NCBI RefSeq assembly: GCF_009914755.1
Contig: NC_060944.1
Length of the DNA stretch: 64,000 nucleotides
From: the human T2T-CHM13v2.0 reference genome, Homo sapiens
Strand: one strand, 5' to 3'
Shown here: in pieces, positions 1 through 12,810 of the stretch
Position numbering within the stretch: position 1 is the first letter of the stretch
Layout of the letters: every line of letters starts with the position of its first letter
The notes under the pieces: generated by a model
The model's database searches: none
The model's input: only the letters and a program-made list of their open reading frames with translations
Told to the model about the DNA's origin: nothing
Made by a program: the position numbers and the translations under genes

Positions 1-322
1 TATATGCACACTTAACCCAGGCACATCCAACCATCCATGCTTGGAGTGGAAAGATGACTATGGAAGGATGTAGCCCAGGTGATTCCAACACCCTCACTCA
101 ATGAGAACAGCAAGATGAGAAACGAGATCCACCTCTTGCCTTATTTCTCATGCACATCTCAAAATGTGAGCTCCTGATGCCCTTGGTGTGGTTCTAGCAT
201 CTGAGGAAGTGCATTTTTCATGTGACATGGCCCCTAGACATAAGCCAACTACTTTAGGTTGTTTTCACCCACTAGAGCAGAAAGCTTTTCCAACACCGGA
301 AGGAATCCTCTGTGGATTAAAA

Positions 323-450
323 CCCATTTATGCCTAGTGTTCCATTAGTGGAACGCTAAGCTTCTGGGAGTTATTGAAATCCCACTGCTTAAGGTCATCG
401 CTAAGGTCTGATTTTTCACAAAAAAATTTGCAACCTCTGGCATAAATGGG
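323..450 (+). mobile_element. MER85 (piggyBac PGBD3-derived MITE)
   Basis: TIRs CCCATTTATGCC / GGCATAAATGGG; TTAA at 451-454 (left TTAA at 317-320 followed by AA); internal palindrome GTTCCAttagTGGAAC at 339-354. Confidence 0.85.
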
Positions 451-647
451 TTAATGAGGGATGAAACTATGTGTTTACGGTATACTTTACAGATAATTGA
501 AGGGATGTAAAGTTTACCGTAACTCTAAGAAATTTTTACTCTGGTTGACTTTCAAACCTAAATCCCCAGTGCGCTTTCTCGCTAATGAAACACCTGTGAG
601 TTCCATACCCCTTAAACTTCATGCTGATATAGCAGGAAAAATCCTAG

Positions 648-938
648 ATTTTATTTTATTTTTTGATATTGAATTTCACTTTTTTGCCCAGGCTGAAGTG
701 AAGTGGCATGATCTCGGCTCTCTGTAACCTCCGCCCCCCAGGTTCAAGCAATTCTCCTGCCTCAGCCTCCCAAGTAGCTGGGATTATAAGCACCTGCCAC
801 CATGCCCAGCTAATTTTTAGTACAGATGGGGTTTTGCCATGTTGGCCAGGCTGGTCTCGAACCCCTGACCTCAGGTGATCCATCGGCCTCGGCCTCCCAA
901 AGTGCTGGAATTACAGGCATGAGCCACCGTGCCCAGCC
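648..938 (-). mobile_element. Alu (S-type)
   Basis: Dimeric Alu in reverse orientation, flanked by cctagattt repeats. Confidence 0.9.
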
Positions 939-1341
939 AAAAAACCCCTAGATTTTAAAGTTGTTAACTTCACCAGGTTTTAATTCTAGAGGAGTCATTT
1001 CCCAACTGTGTGACATGGGGAGTTTACTTAACCTCTCTGAGCCTTAGCTATTCAATGGACGTTAACATATGCGATGCACAAGTGTTCTCATGAAGATCAG
1101 AAAATTTGAAATGTACGTAGCTCGGTGCTGAGCATAGAGCAGGGATGGTGTCCAAATTCTTATTTCCTCAATCAGAGAGGCAAAAGTCAAACAACTCCCT
1201 TTACAGGGGCAGAACCTGTCAAAAGAAATGTGCTGGGCCCAAATGGGAAAAATGAGACAATTACACCATCTGAAAATACAAACACGATCAGTTTTACCTA
1301 CTTGTGGAGCAGAACCTAAGAGACTTATGGGAAATTAATTT

Positions 1342-1630
1342 TTTTTTAAGTGAAAGCAAGTTTATTAGGAAAGTAAAGGAATAAAGAATAGCTACTCCAC
1401 AGGAAGAACAGTAGCATGGGCTGCTTGATTGAGTAGACTTGTAGTTATTTCTTGATGATATGCTAAACAAGGGGTGGGCTATTCATGAGTTTTCCAGGAA
1501 ACAGGTGGGCAATTCCCGGAACTGAGGGTTCCTCCCCCTTTTAGACCATATAGGGGAACTTCCTGATGTTGCCATGGCATTTGTAAACTGTCCTGGCGCT
1601 GGTGGGAGTGCCTTTTAGCATGTTAATACA
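1342..1630 (-). mobile_element. ERV1 LTR fragment (MER51-like) with poly(A) tail and 12-bp flanking direct repeat
   Basis: aagtgaaagcaagtttattaggaaagtaaagg...gatgatatgctaaacaaggggtgg resembles the MER51 LTR; GGAAATTAATTT at 1330-1341 and 1631-1642. Confidence 0.7.
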
Positions 1631-1812
1631 GGAAATTAATTTACTTTTCTGTTTAGAGTCTTCTTGGGACTGATGGAGAATCACCAGGACAATTACAAAA
1701 TACAGTGGACTCCATCAACCCAATGGTCTAATCATGGGAGGTTTTACCCTAAATACTGGAAACTACAAATCCACAGATTAAATTTGATACATTTGGTTTG
1801 GTTCAAATCTAG

Positions 1813-2065
<253 letters not shown>

Positions 2066-3256
2066 GAGCAGTACATGACGTGCATCCCACAGGTCCGGGA
2101 ACCAATCTATCTTTGTTGGAATCCTGGCTTCCCTACATACTAACTGTGATTCTAAGGAGATTACTGAGCACCTCTGTGCCTCAGTTTCCCCAGGTGTGAA
2201 ATGGGAAGAATGATCACATCTACTTACAGGGCAGTGACAAGGATTTGTGAATTCATATGTAGCAAGTGCACAGAGGAGAGACTGGGGCAGCAAGATCAGT
2301 CAATAAATATTATTATCATCATGACCACATTGGCCATGTCAGTGTCGGCTCCAGGCAACCTGCTCAGGGAGGTGAGGGGCAGCAGACGTGGCCCTTGCTC
2401 CACCCTGTGCTCCTCACACCCATTTGCCGGTCTTTGTGCCCTTCGCCCAGGTTTTTCATGCTTTGCTCCTCATGGCTGGCACCTGCAGCCTTCTTCAAAG
2501 ACTACCTTCTGGCTACTATAGCCATTTTGCCTGGACATGTAAAGTCTAGAAGTATCTTAGAGTTTATACCCCAAGGTGCAGCCTGAACTGAAGGAGTGTG
2601 GAAGCCCTGCTCCCTGGGCACAAGGAGAACAAACTGAGCTGCAATGTACACTCCAGAGCTCCCAGAGATCAGGCTGAGGCTGGAACTTCACTCAAAACCA
2701 CACGCTTGTTTGGCTTCTTTCCCTTCCTCATCCTGCTGTCCCCACAGTCGCACAGGTCTCCTTGGGAATCACAACCCTAATGAATCCCGGTGCTGGGGAC
2801 AGCCCCTGTGGGATCTAAGTCATCAAGGAAGATTTCCTTCAGGAAATGAAAGCTGGGTGGACGTAGATGGTGCGTAGGAGAAGAACAGGCAGAGAAAGAG
2901 CATGCCGGGAGGGAGACGGTGGGAAGAACCCTCTTGCTAGCATTTAAGGAACAGCAGAAACTGGCAGAAGCCACTGTGGCCTGGTTCCAGAGGCCTCTGG
3001 GGGTGGATGATGTGGGCTGAGGCCTGGGGGATCAGTGGGACCTCAGTTGATAGGGCCTGGAAGTGTGGATTGCAGAATCGGATCTTTACGTAAGAGCAAT
3101 GGGAAGCCCCAGAGGCAGGATGAGTCATGATCAGGTTTGGGTTTGAAAAGACCAGTAAGGCAAGTGTGCAAAGAACAGAGGGGAAGGAAGCAAGAGAGGA
3201 CTGAGATCAGCTGGGAGCTCCTGCAGAGACTAGAGATATTAGTGGTCCAGGCAAGA

Positions 3257-3468
3257 GATTGTCAGTATTGCTCCCAGCCACGGAAAATTTGGCTGTTGTA
3301 GGTCTTTCATTGTGAAATGTAAACTTATTCTTGGGAATTAAGTATTCAAACAGTGAATGTGGTAGGCAGGGGCTGAAATGGTTCGTAACCTCTACCTGAC
3401 TGCCAAGTGCCAGCCTCCCTTTCATGTCATGAAAGATACAAGAGAGAACAGGCTCCCAGGCCGTTCTA
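3257..3468 (+). repeat. 212-bp direct duplicate of 4739-4950 (CYP24A1 3'UTR)
   Basis: Manual alignment: 15 mismatches, no indels, offset 1482 bp. Confidence 0.95.
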
Positions 3469-3527
3469 CCCCCCTTTCAATCACACAACCAGTGTGTGAC
3501 TGATTGTGTGATTGGAAAGGGGGTAGA
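3465..3527. repeat. Inverted repeat with 29-bp arms (26/29 paired) and a 5-nt loop
   Basis: tctacccccctttcaatcacacaaccagt-gtgtg-actgattgtgtgattggaaagggggtaga. Confidence 0.9.
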
Positions 3528-3775
3528 GATAGAAGTAACTGGACTTGGGAAATATTTAAGCAGCAACAAAATGGAAAGTTATTTTGCAATTACAAGAATA
3601 AACTTTCAGTAAAACTGCTATTAAAGTCTAGATTTATCTAAGGGTAAATTTTGTGATATAGGGCTTGTAGGCCATATGAGAAAATTTTCTACCAGTAAAA
3701 TAAAGTTTGAATTTGTTTTTATTTTGTTGTAACAAAGGCAATAAAGAGGGGAAGTCTCTCAAATATTTAAAAACT

Positions 3776-3781
3776 TTTATT
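3776..3781 (-). terminator. Probable main CYP24A1 polyadenylation signal AATAAA
   Basis: Plus-strand tttatt, followed on the minus strand by U/GU-rich sequence (CTCTTTATTGCCTTTGTT). Confidence 0.7.
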
Positions 3782-4354
3782 TTTACTTTCAGAGAATTTG
3801 AAGGTATACAGATGAAATCTGACAAGACGTGAATTTATAATTCTAAAAATAATTTCACAGCAGAGAGAAAGCATATACCTAGATATGTACATATTTATTA
3901 CAATATAAAGACATAAATGTATATTTCTGAAATATTCTAAAAATATAATGTAGGAAGAAATATTTATCAAATACACAGAATTATATACAGTATGCATTTA
4001 GGAAAAGCAGTAGTAAAAATATGCACAAATAAACCATCTGTAAACACAATTTTTAAGTCTTATAAGTATTGCATGCATTTCTGTGCATTTTACATTTATG
4101 AAATCATATTTTTCCTAGGAGTTCAAATCACAAAACAAATGTTATATAACAGATCTCTAACTTTTGCATGCTTTACACTTGTCCCATTTAATAGACAGAA
4201 AAATTATGGCATGGGAAATCATTTTATAATATTAAAGTCACACTGAATGTTTTTAAGCTGTGACTAAACTTTGAAACATTGCCCTGCACCACAGATCCTA
4301 AATCAAGTACTGCAAATATTAAAAAAATGACTGAGGCAAATTACCATTAGAACC

Positions 4355-4398
4355 CACACACACATACACGGACACACACACACAGACACACACACACA
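4355..4398. repeat. Interrupted (CA)n microsatellite, read as (UG)n in the CYP24A1 3'UTR
   Basis: Seen directly. Confidence 0.9.
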
Positions 4399-5037
4399 TG
4401 CATGTCTGTGCTTCATATGCACATACACAATTTAAAAATTATTGCTTCATCTTTACCCTAATGCCATAAAGGAATCACATTTAAAAAATAAACAATTTTA
4501 AGGTCCTCTAACAAAATAATGCCCCAGTGAATCACTAGTCTTATAAGTTGTTTGACTTCGTTAAAGTCCTTTTAAAAATAGAGGTGTTCTCTAGTTTCCC
4601 AATAATGTTTTTATTTCAATGCAGGAAGAACGCAATTTCATGGGAGGCCTGATAACTTTAACCATCATTTAGCTTGGCTTACATTATTAAGCAGGGACAT
4701 TTTCCTAAGTAGTACATTAAGCAGAGCTACAGTAAATGGATTGTCAGTATTACTCCCAGCCCCAGAAAATTTAGCTGTTGTAGGTCATTCATTGTGAAAT
4801 GTAAACTTATTCTTGGGAATTAAAGATTCAAACAGTGAATGTGGTAGGCAGGGCCTGAAACGGTTTGTAACCTCTACCTGACTGACAAGTGCCAGCCTCC
4901 CTTTCATGTCATGGAAGATGCAAGACAGAACAGGCTCCCAGGCCATTCTAAGCACCTGAAGATGGTGCTGACACAGGTGAAGTGTAAACCAGCAGTGAAC
5001 CCTGTAGAATGCCTTGGATCCCAGCACTCAGTCCGCT

Positions 5038-5045
5038 TCCCTGAG
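5038..5045 (-). promoter_or_regulatory. miR-125 family 8mer seed site (CUCAGGGA) in the CYP24A1 3'UTR
   Basis: Plus-strand tccctgag equals miR-125 nt 1-8; regulation of CYP24A1 by miR-125b is known from the literature. Confidence 0.7.
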
Positions 5046-5249
5046 TTGGATATGATGTTAGCAAATACCACCATCTAGAAAGACAGTACAGCTTCTGGAA
5101 CAATTTTGCAGAAGAAAAAGTATCAACACCTGGGCCTAAATATTCTTTATAAGCTGTTGTATGGTGTGGTGTTTGAAGTTTGCTTTCCGGTAACGTAGAA
5201 GCCATAAGCACCATTCTTGCAGAAAAGTTGAAATGGCTGTTTTGGTCTT

Positions 5250-5252
<3 letters not shown>

Positions 5253-5308
<56 letters not shown>
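5253..5308. repeat. Pure A56 homopolymer in intron 11
   Basis: Counted directly; no adjacent Alu or L1 body. Confidence 0.95.
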
Positions 5309-5310
<2 letters not shown>

Positions 5311-5778
5311 TATACCCTAATTGTATATCAAAGAAGTGTATTTAAACAAGACAAATTATTAGCCAAAGAAAAAATGCTAAAACTTAAAAGGTGTGGCTTA
5401 CTGTGATAAACATGCATGCTCTTTGCTGAAGGCTGGGGTGTCACAATGCAGCTAGAATACTTTCCTTACCCTACTTGATTCAGTTCTGTTGGTTGGGATG
5501 CTCAGAATTTGACAAATTTCATAATAGCATCAGACACTTGGTGGAGGAATAATAATGTATTCATTTGGGCCTTGTTCAGAAATTTCATCTGTAATTGCAT
5601 GTTTCTCTAAATAATCTACCAATAAGCAAATGCTCCTTAACTTGCCATTGGCAAACAGCATTTTTTTCTAGGAAAATCCTAGAAGGTGCTGCTAAAAGAA
5701 CACAATGATAGAATCCGGGTTTAAACACCGACATGTCAGCCTATAAAGCCATATGTTACAAATGTCTTATTTCCACCA

Positions 5779-6097
<319 letters not shown>

Positions 6098-6439
6098 CTA
6101 ACTTTTGATCACTTCAATAGTTTTGAATTCATTGTAATGTCTATTAGGAGAACATAACTAGACTTACTAACTCTTAATTTCATTAAGGAAATTATTACTC
6201 AGGACGAGGCCAACATATGCTATTTGGCTTATGTTATTTAAAGGAAATAACTCAGTAGTATTGAAATAAATAGCACCTGGTTGGTATATGGACATGGCAA
6301 AAGTTGTGGAGGGAACATGAGAACTCCTCTATTGTCAGAAAAAGTATTGAATGGCATACTGCAGAAAAAATATTCTATTGTGTTCAATACAGGCTGATAA
6401 ATATATACATTTATATTACATGTGGTTGCATAACACAAA

Positions 6440-7190
6440 CCTAGACCCTAGGGCTAAATACAGTCCACCGCTTGTTTTTTATAAAATTTATCAGAACACA
6501 GCCTTTGTAGGCAGAATAACAGATCTCCTAAAATGTGAATGCCCTAATCCCTGGAACACGTGAATATACTACCTTATATGAAAAAAAGGGCTTTCCAGAT
6601 GAAATTAAATTTATGAACTTGGAGATGGGAGACATGATCCTGGATAATATCTTGTCAGACAGAAGCAATGTAAGAAGAAAGAGAGATTCAAAGTGTGAGA
6701 GGGACTCAACCAACCATTGTTACTGGCTTTCAGTTGGGGAAGGTTTCATGAGCCAAGGAATATGGGAAATCTCTCAAAGTTGAGGATCGCCTTCAGCTGA
6801 CAGCAGCAAAAAAATAAAGACTTCAGTCCTGTAACCATGAAGAACTAAATTCTGCCAACAACCAAACTAGCAAGAGAATAGATCCTCCTCTAGAACCTCC
6901 AGAAAGAGCCCCGACAACACGATAATTTTAGCCTGGAAGAGCCTCATCAGACTTCTGACCTATAGAACTGTAAGATAATAGATGTGTGTCGTGTAACTCA
7001 CTAAGTTTTAGTAATTTGCGGTGGCAGCAATAGAAAGCTAGGACATCAGCTCACTCATTAGTTTACAAATTGCCTGTGGCTGCTTTCATGTTCCAAGGTA
7101 GTATTAAGAGGATGTGACAAAGACTGTATGGTCCATAAAACCTAAAATATTTGCCAACTGGCCCTTTACGGAAAAAGTTTGCCAACCCTT
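6440..7190 (+). mobile_element. MER58-like hAT element interrupted by an MLT1 (MaLR) LTR at ~6505-7045
   Basis: MER58 end gaaaaagtttgccaaccct; MLT1 motifs taatccctggaac and cagcaatagaaagctagg. Confidence 0.6.
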
Positions 7191-7500
7191 ACTATTCACA
7201 TGCAAAAACCATGAACAGCTGCTAGCATTTACTGAACACTTAATTGATGCCAGGCTCAGGAATAACTACTTGGTATTCATATTAAATTTTTGTGATACAC
7301 TCTCTTTGGGTCATCATTTTACAAATGAAAAAAAAAAAGGAAGTAGAGAGTTTAGGGAACTGCTCAAGGTCACCCAGCAAGTTAGAGGTGAGCTGGGATT
7401 CAAACCCCAGTCTGGCTGACTTCCCAGCATAGCTCATCCCTCGTCATTCTCACTACCTTGCAGAGGATAATGAACCGCCTAGATGCTCACCTGAGGCGTA

Positions 7501-7907
<407 letters not shown>

Positions 7908-8332
7908 CTAAACACATGCAGAGACACATAGTATTTAAAATAACCAGAAGAGACCTTTGAATGGCAAAATTGACACAAGTTGTCACCTTACAAATCAAAA
8001 GCCAAATCCACAAATTTATAATAATGATGGTTGCCAACATGCGCTGAGTGCTTAAAATGTGCCAGGTAATAAATAGGTAAAGGGCTTTAGAATTGTGCAC
8101 CATACTCACAACCACCCTGCGCAGCAGATTCTGTTATTAAACCCCTTTTACAGACGAAGTTGAGGCTCACAGAGATTATGTAACTCACTCAAGACAACAC
8201 AGATAAAAGATGAAACTGAATGCAGGTCTCTGTCTCCATAGCCGTGAATTCTAATTCTATACTATGCAACATGTCAACTATTCTCTACCATCTCTGCATT
8301 CCCAAAATGAATATTTTCCAGTACAAAGTCTA

Positions 8333-8500
<168 letters not shown>

Positions 8501-9277
8501 TCAAAGATGTAAAGGTGAGCACAGTCTAAGTTCTCTCTGAAGTGTCAATGGGAATGCAGATTGGATTAAATAAATGCTGCCCAAGTGCATACTCAAAGAG
8601 GCAGCATGATCACAGATCTTCCTAAAGAAGTTGTTTTTTTCTTCTCAATAATTGTATCTCTTGTTCCTCTCATCTTCTTGAGTTAGTTAAAACCCCAGTG
8701 CAAGGCTGTTTAGTAAACTGTTAACGTTGGTTTTCCCCCTTCATTCCAGACTAAAATGTGTATGTTTCCGTGCTAGCCCTTGAAGCGTGATGTTTGTTCT
8801 ATGTTTCTCCAATCTACTCTTCACAAAGTTGACAGTATCCTTCTAATCCTAAAATGTTGTGAGTTTTGTTTTCCCAAAAGGATGTAAAAAGAATTTCCAA
8901 AAAATGTTTTATACCAGAGGCTCAAAAGCAAAGCTTTCTCTGTGTCCTATTATATAATAATATAGCTCTTTTGTGAGCCTCCATCTCATAACCTTCAATC
9001 ATGCCCCTATCTTAATTAGTGCTTACAGCGTTCATTAGAGTAGCAAGATTATTGAATTAAAGGGGAGGGCACTGGCTTTCCAAGATTTAATAGAATTTGC
9101 CCAAATGATTTAGGAAATGAGTGCCAGAAAAGAAATATGGCTCCAAAGATTTTTTTGCAGTGTGATAATTGTTTCTAATTAGCTAGGGGAAGCCGCCCAT
9201 GAGTAGGGGACCACTTGTTTTGTGTTTACGAGAACAGTGTTCTAACACATTTATATTGGCTCAGAGATAGGCTCTTA

Positions 9278-9499
<222 letters not shown>

Positions 9500-9642
9500 C
9501 TATTAGCTGAAAAAAAGGTGATGCCCACCACCTTATTCTGCAAATGTATCAGTGAAGCTCTTTCACGCGTCCTTATAGCTACGCCTTTAGACAAATCCAA
9601 TATATAAAAAAGCAGACTTATTTCATAAAACATATCAATTAA

Positions 9643-10012
<370 letters not shown>

Positions 10013-11149
10013 TAAAATACAGTTTGACGCAATAATTGTTCGAACACAAATGAGTACATGTAAAATTGGTGAAATGAGAATATTAGTGGGTTAAATCAAT
10101 GCCAATTTTCAGATTGTGACAACGTTTTCTCGTTAGACAGGACATTACTATTAGTGGAAAACTGGGTAACGGATGCAAGGGATCCCTTTCTATTTTTTCT
10201 TAGAACTGAATGTGAATCTACAATGATCTCAAAATAAACATTTAATTAAAAGTTGCTTGATATAAAAAACATTCATATAAAAATGGAGTAAACAGAGAGG
10301 GATGGTGATCCTCAGGGTGTTGCTAATGAGAGGCTTTAAGAGAATGTTATAGTGGAAATGGACAATAAATGGCATTTCTGAAATTTAAAAGTTCCTTTGG
10401 CCACACCCTAAAAAGTCACCACAAAAATAAACAGGCACTACCTACACTGAGGGTTACAACCACATGTAAACAGCCCTCATACGAGGGTGCCAACACCAAA
10501 AATAAGAAATTCAAACATTGAGCTGAGTACTCCAGCTACAGTTTCTGACAAAGGCCCACACCCTTTTAAGTGGCATCTTTTATTTCCTCTGCACAGGCAA
10601 TGACTAGAGAAAAAATATTGGTGGAAACAGCCAATGTAGCTTTAAGCTACATAATATTCACCACTAGTAGTCATATGTATTTATTTTTTAGGCCGTACTT
10701 TGCTAATTTAAGCCAAATATTTCCTGAAAATGATCATTGTGTCCACCTCCGCAGACATGAAGACGCTGTTGCTAAGTGCCATGTGCCACTCACACAAATG
10801 AGCACCAAGTGCAAGACCATTCAGAGATGATGGTTATTTTATTATTTTTGGAAGAAGATGCCTCCAAGGCAGTCTTCTTCATGTCAGAGGACTGGCAGCC
10901 TCAGCTGCAAATAAACTGTAGATGCCATTATTATAAGAGTCTAATTTACAAAACAGGAAGAGGGTGTAGCCATCAAATTAGATACACTTTCAAATGGTTC
11001 TGATTTTCCAAATGTGACTTTCAGAATAGCCAGGACCAAAAAAGAAACAGATTTAACCATATCAGTGAGTCCCTCACCGCAAGTACCAAATAGAGTTTCC
11101 AAAGGGCAGATGACTGTAGCTTTTACCAAAGCCACGTAAGGCAGTCTGA

Positions 11150-12010
11150 GCCTGTAGGGAAAACTGCAGGGGCTAAGCTGCAGCAGCTGATTTGAGGGGA
11201 AGTGGCCTGGAAAACCTCAGGGGCACAAACTATCCTTGATTGACCTCCATGGAACAGACCAAGCTCATTGACTGGCCTGCTGTACCCACTCTCTTGGCTA
11301 AGTCTATTCTCCATCCACCAGCCAGAGCCCACTTTTAAAAACATAAATGATCAGGTGATTCCCTTGCTTAAAATGCTGCAAGAGCTTCCCATCACAGGTG
11401 CAATCAAATCTAATGCCTTACCCAGGCTGGGCTCACAAGGCTCTGGCTAACATGGCCCATCCAATTCTCCAGTCTCAGCTCTGACCACATTTACTAGTTC
11501 TGTAGCTCCATCCCTCTTTCTGCCCCAGGGCCTTTGCATGGGCCGTTTCCTCTACCTGCAGCGCTCTTCCACGAGGTCTTTCTGTGGCTGGCTCTTCTCA
11601 TTATTCCAGAGTCAGCTCCAGTACTGCTTTCTCAGAGAGGGCTTCCCTTTAATCATCTCCATCTCTCTATATTACACCATCCTGATGGCGTCCTCCACAA
11701 TCCACACCACTATCTAAAGTGACCACATTTGTTTGTTTACATGGCTACTGTCTGTCTTCCCCACTTGCATACAAGTTCCATGAGAGTGGGAACCCTTGTC
11801 TCTGGTTCATGGTGGTCTCTCAAGAACCTGGAACAGTCCCAGGCATACAGTAGGCACTCAATAGTTCCTGAATTCCTTCATTTATTCAACAAGTATCTAT
11901 CAGCCGCTACTAGATGCCAAGTACTGTTCTATGTCCTGGAAACACAGCAGTGGACAACTCTAAGCCATTGCCCTCAGAGAGGTCACGTTCCAGTTGAAAA
12001 AATAAAAGAA
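11150..12010. mobile_element. Degenerate L2 fragments
   Basis: L2 3'-end motifs (catacagtaggcactcaata, ttcatttattcaacaag). Confidence 0.55.
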
Positions 12011-12537
12011 TAATGGGTGACACTGTACTTTGATCACTGGAAGGAGCCACCCAGGGTAAGCAGTTCAACAGGAAAGTGAGCGAGGATGGATTCCCACTTT
12101 CAACCGCCTTGTGGAGCAAGAGGAGAAATGAGAACCTCGCTATCTCCTGATAGAGAAAACCCTACCTTTACTTCAGGCAAGAAACAGCACAGAAGGGGAA
12201 GCACATGGAAAATAAACAACTGCTTTACATTTTGCTTAGAGACTTTAAGGTGCATGAAATGTTGGACTTAGGAGGAGGTTAGCGTGCGCCACTCCCATCA
12301 CAGCTCGAACTAGTATCCAAGTCAATTAAACCTACCTGAATGCCTATGGCAGGATTTGTTTGGGGTTGGTCTCACTTAGTATCTGCTATCTCCTAGGGAG
12401 TATCGGCCACATCAGAGACAGAATTTTGGTCTTTACAATGAGCTGTTTTGCTTCAGTTAAAATCCACTTGTCCCAGACTCTTTGGGACTTTGTTTACAAT
12501 TCTAAGCAGATAAAAATATTATTGGCTTGAAAGAGAG

Positions 12538-12543
<6 letters not shown>

Positions 12544-12578
<35 letters not shown>
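12544..12578. repeat. T35 homopolymer (A35 on the CYP24A1 sense strand), intron 7
   Basis: Counted directly. Confidence 0.95.
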
Positions 12579-12581
<3 letters not shown>

Positions 12582-12810
12582 GTAAGTAACAGCCACAGTT
12601 AGGCACTTTGGGGTAACATGTGCAACTGAACAAAATACTTCCAATTTTGAAAAATCTGGATTCTGTATCTTGCCAGCGCAGAGAACTTTACTGCTCCTGA
12701 ACTCCCGTAGCAGTTTGCATGGACATCATGGCACTCATCACATCCTACTCTGGCTTTTTGTCACTGGGGCACATGAAGTCTCCTCCTACCCAGAGTTTAA
12801 GCACAGAAGC

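Larger units (their letters stand above)
2800..3600 (+). mobile_element. L2 fragment interrupted by the 3'UTR-derived insertion
   Basis: L2-like motifs (gcaatgggaagcc, tgatcaggtttg, gtccaggcaagagat) lie left of the insert and weaker L2-like sequence lies to the right. Confidence 0.55.
3760..5074 (-). other. CYP24A1: CYP24A1 exon 12 (non-coding, 3'UTR)
   Basis: Acceptor TTTCTAG|ATGGTGG at 5074; AATAAA hexamers on the minus strand at 4610-4615, 3894-3899, 3776-3781 and 3718-3723. Confidence 0.85.

Noticed and set aside
3207-3425. ORF nearly identical to part of ORF 4785-5027
   Set aside because: By-product of the non-coding 212-bp duplication, not a gene family.
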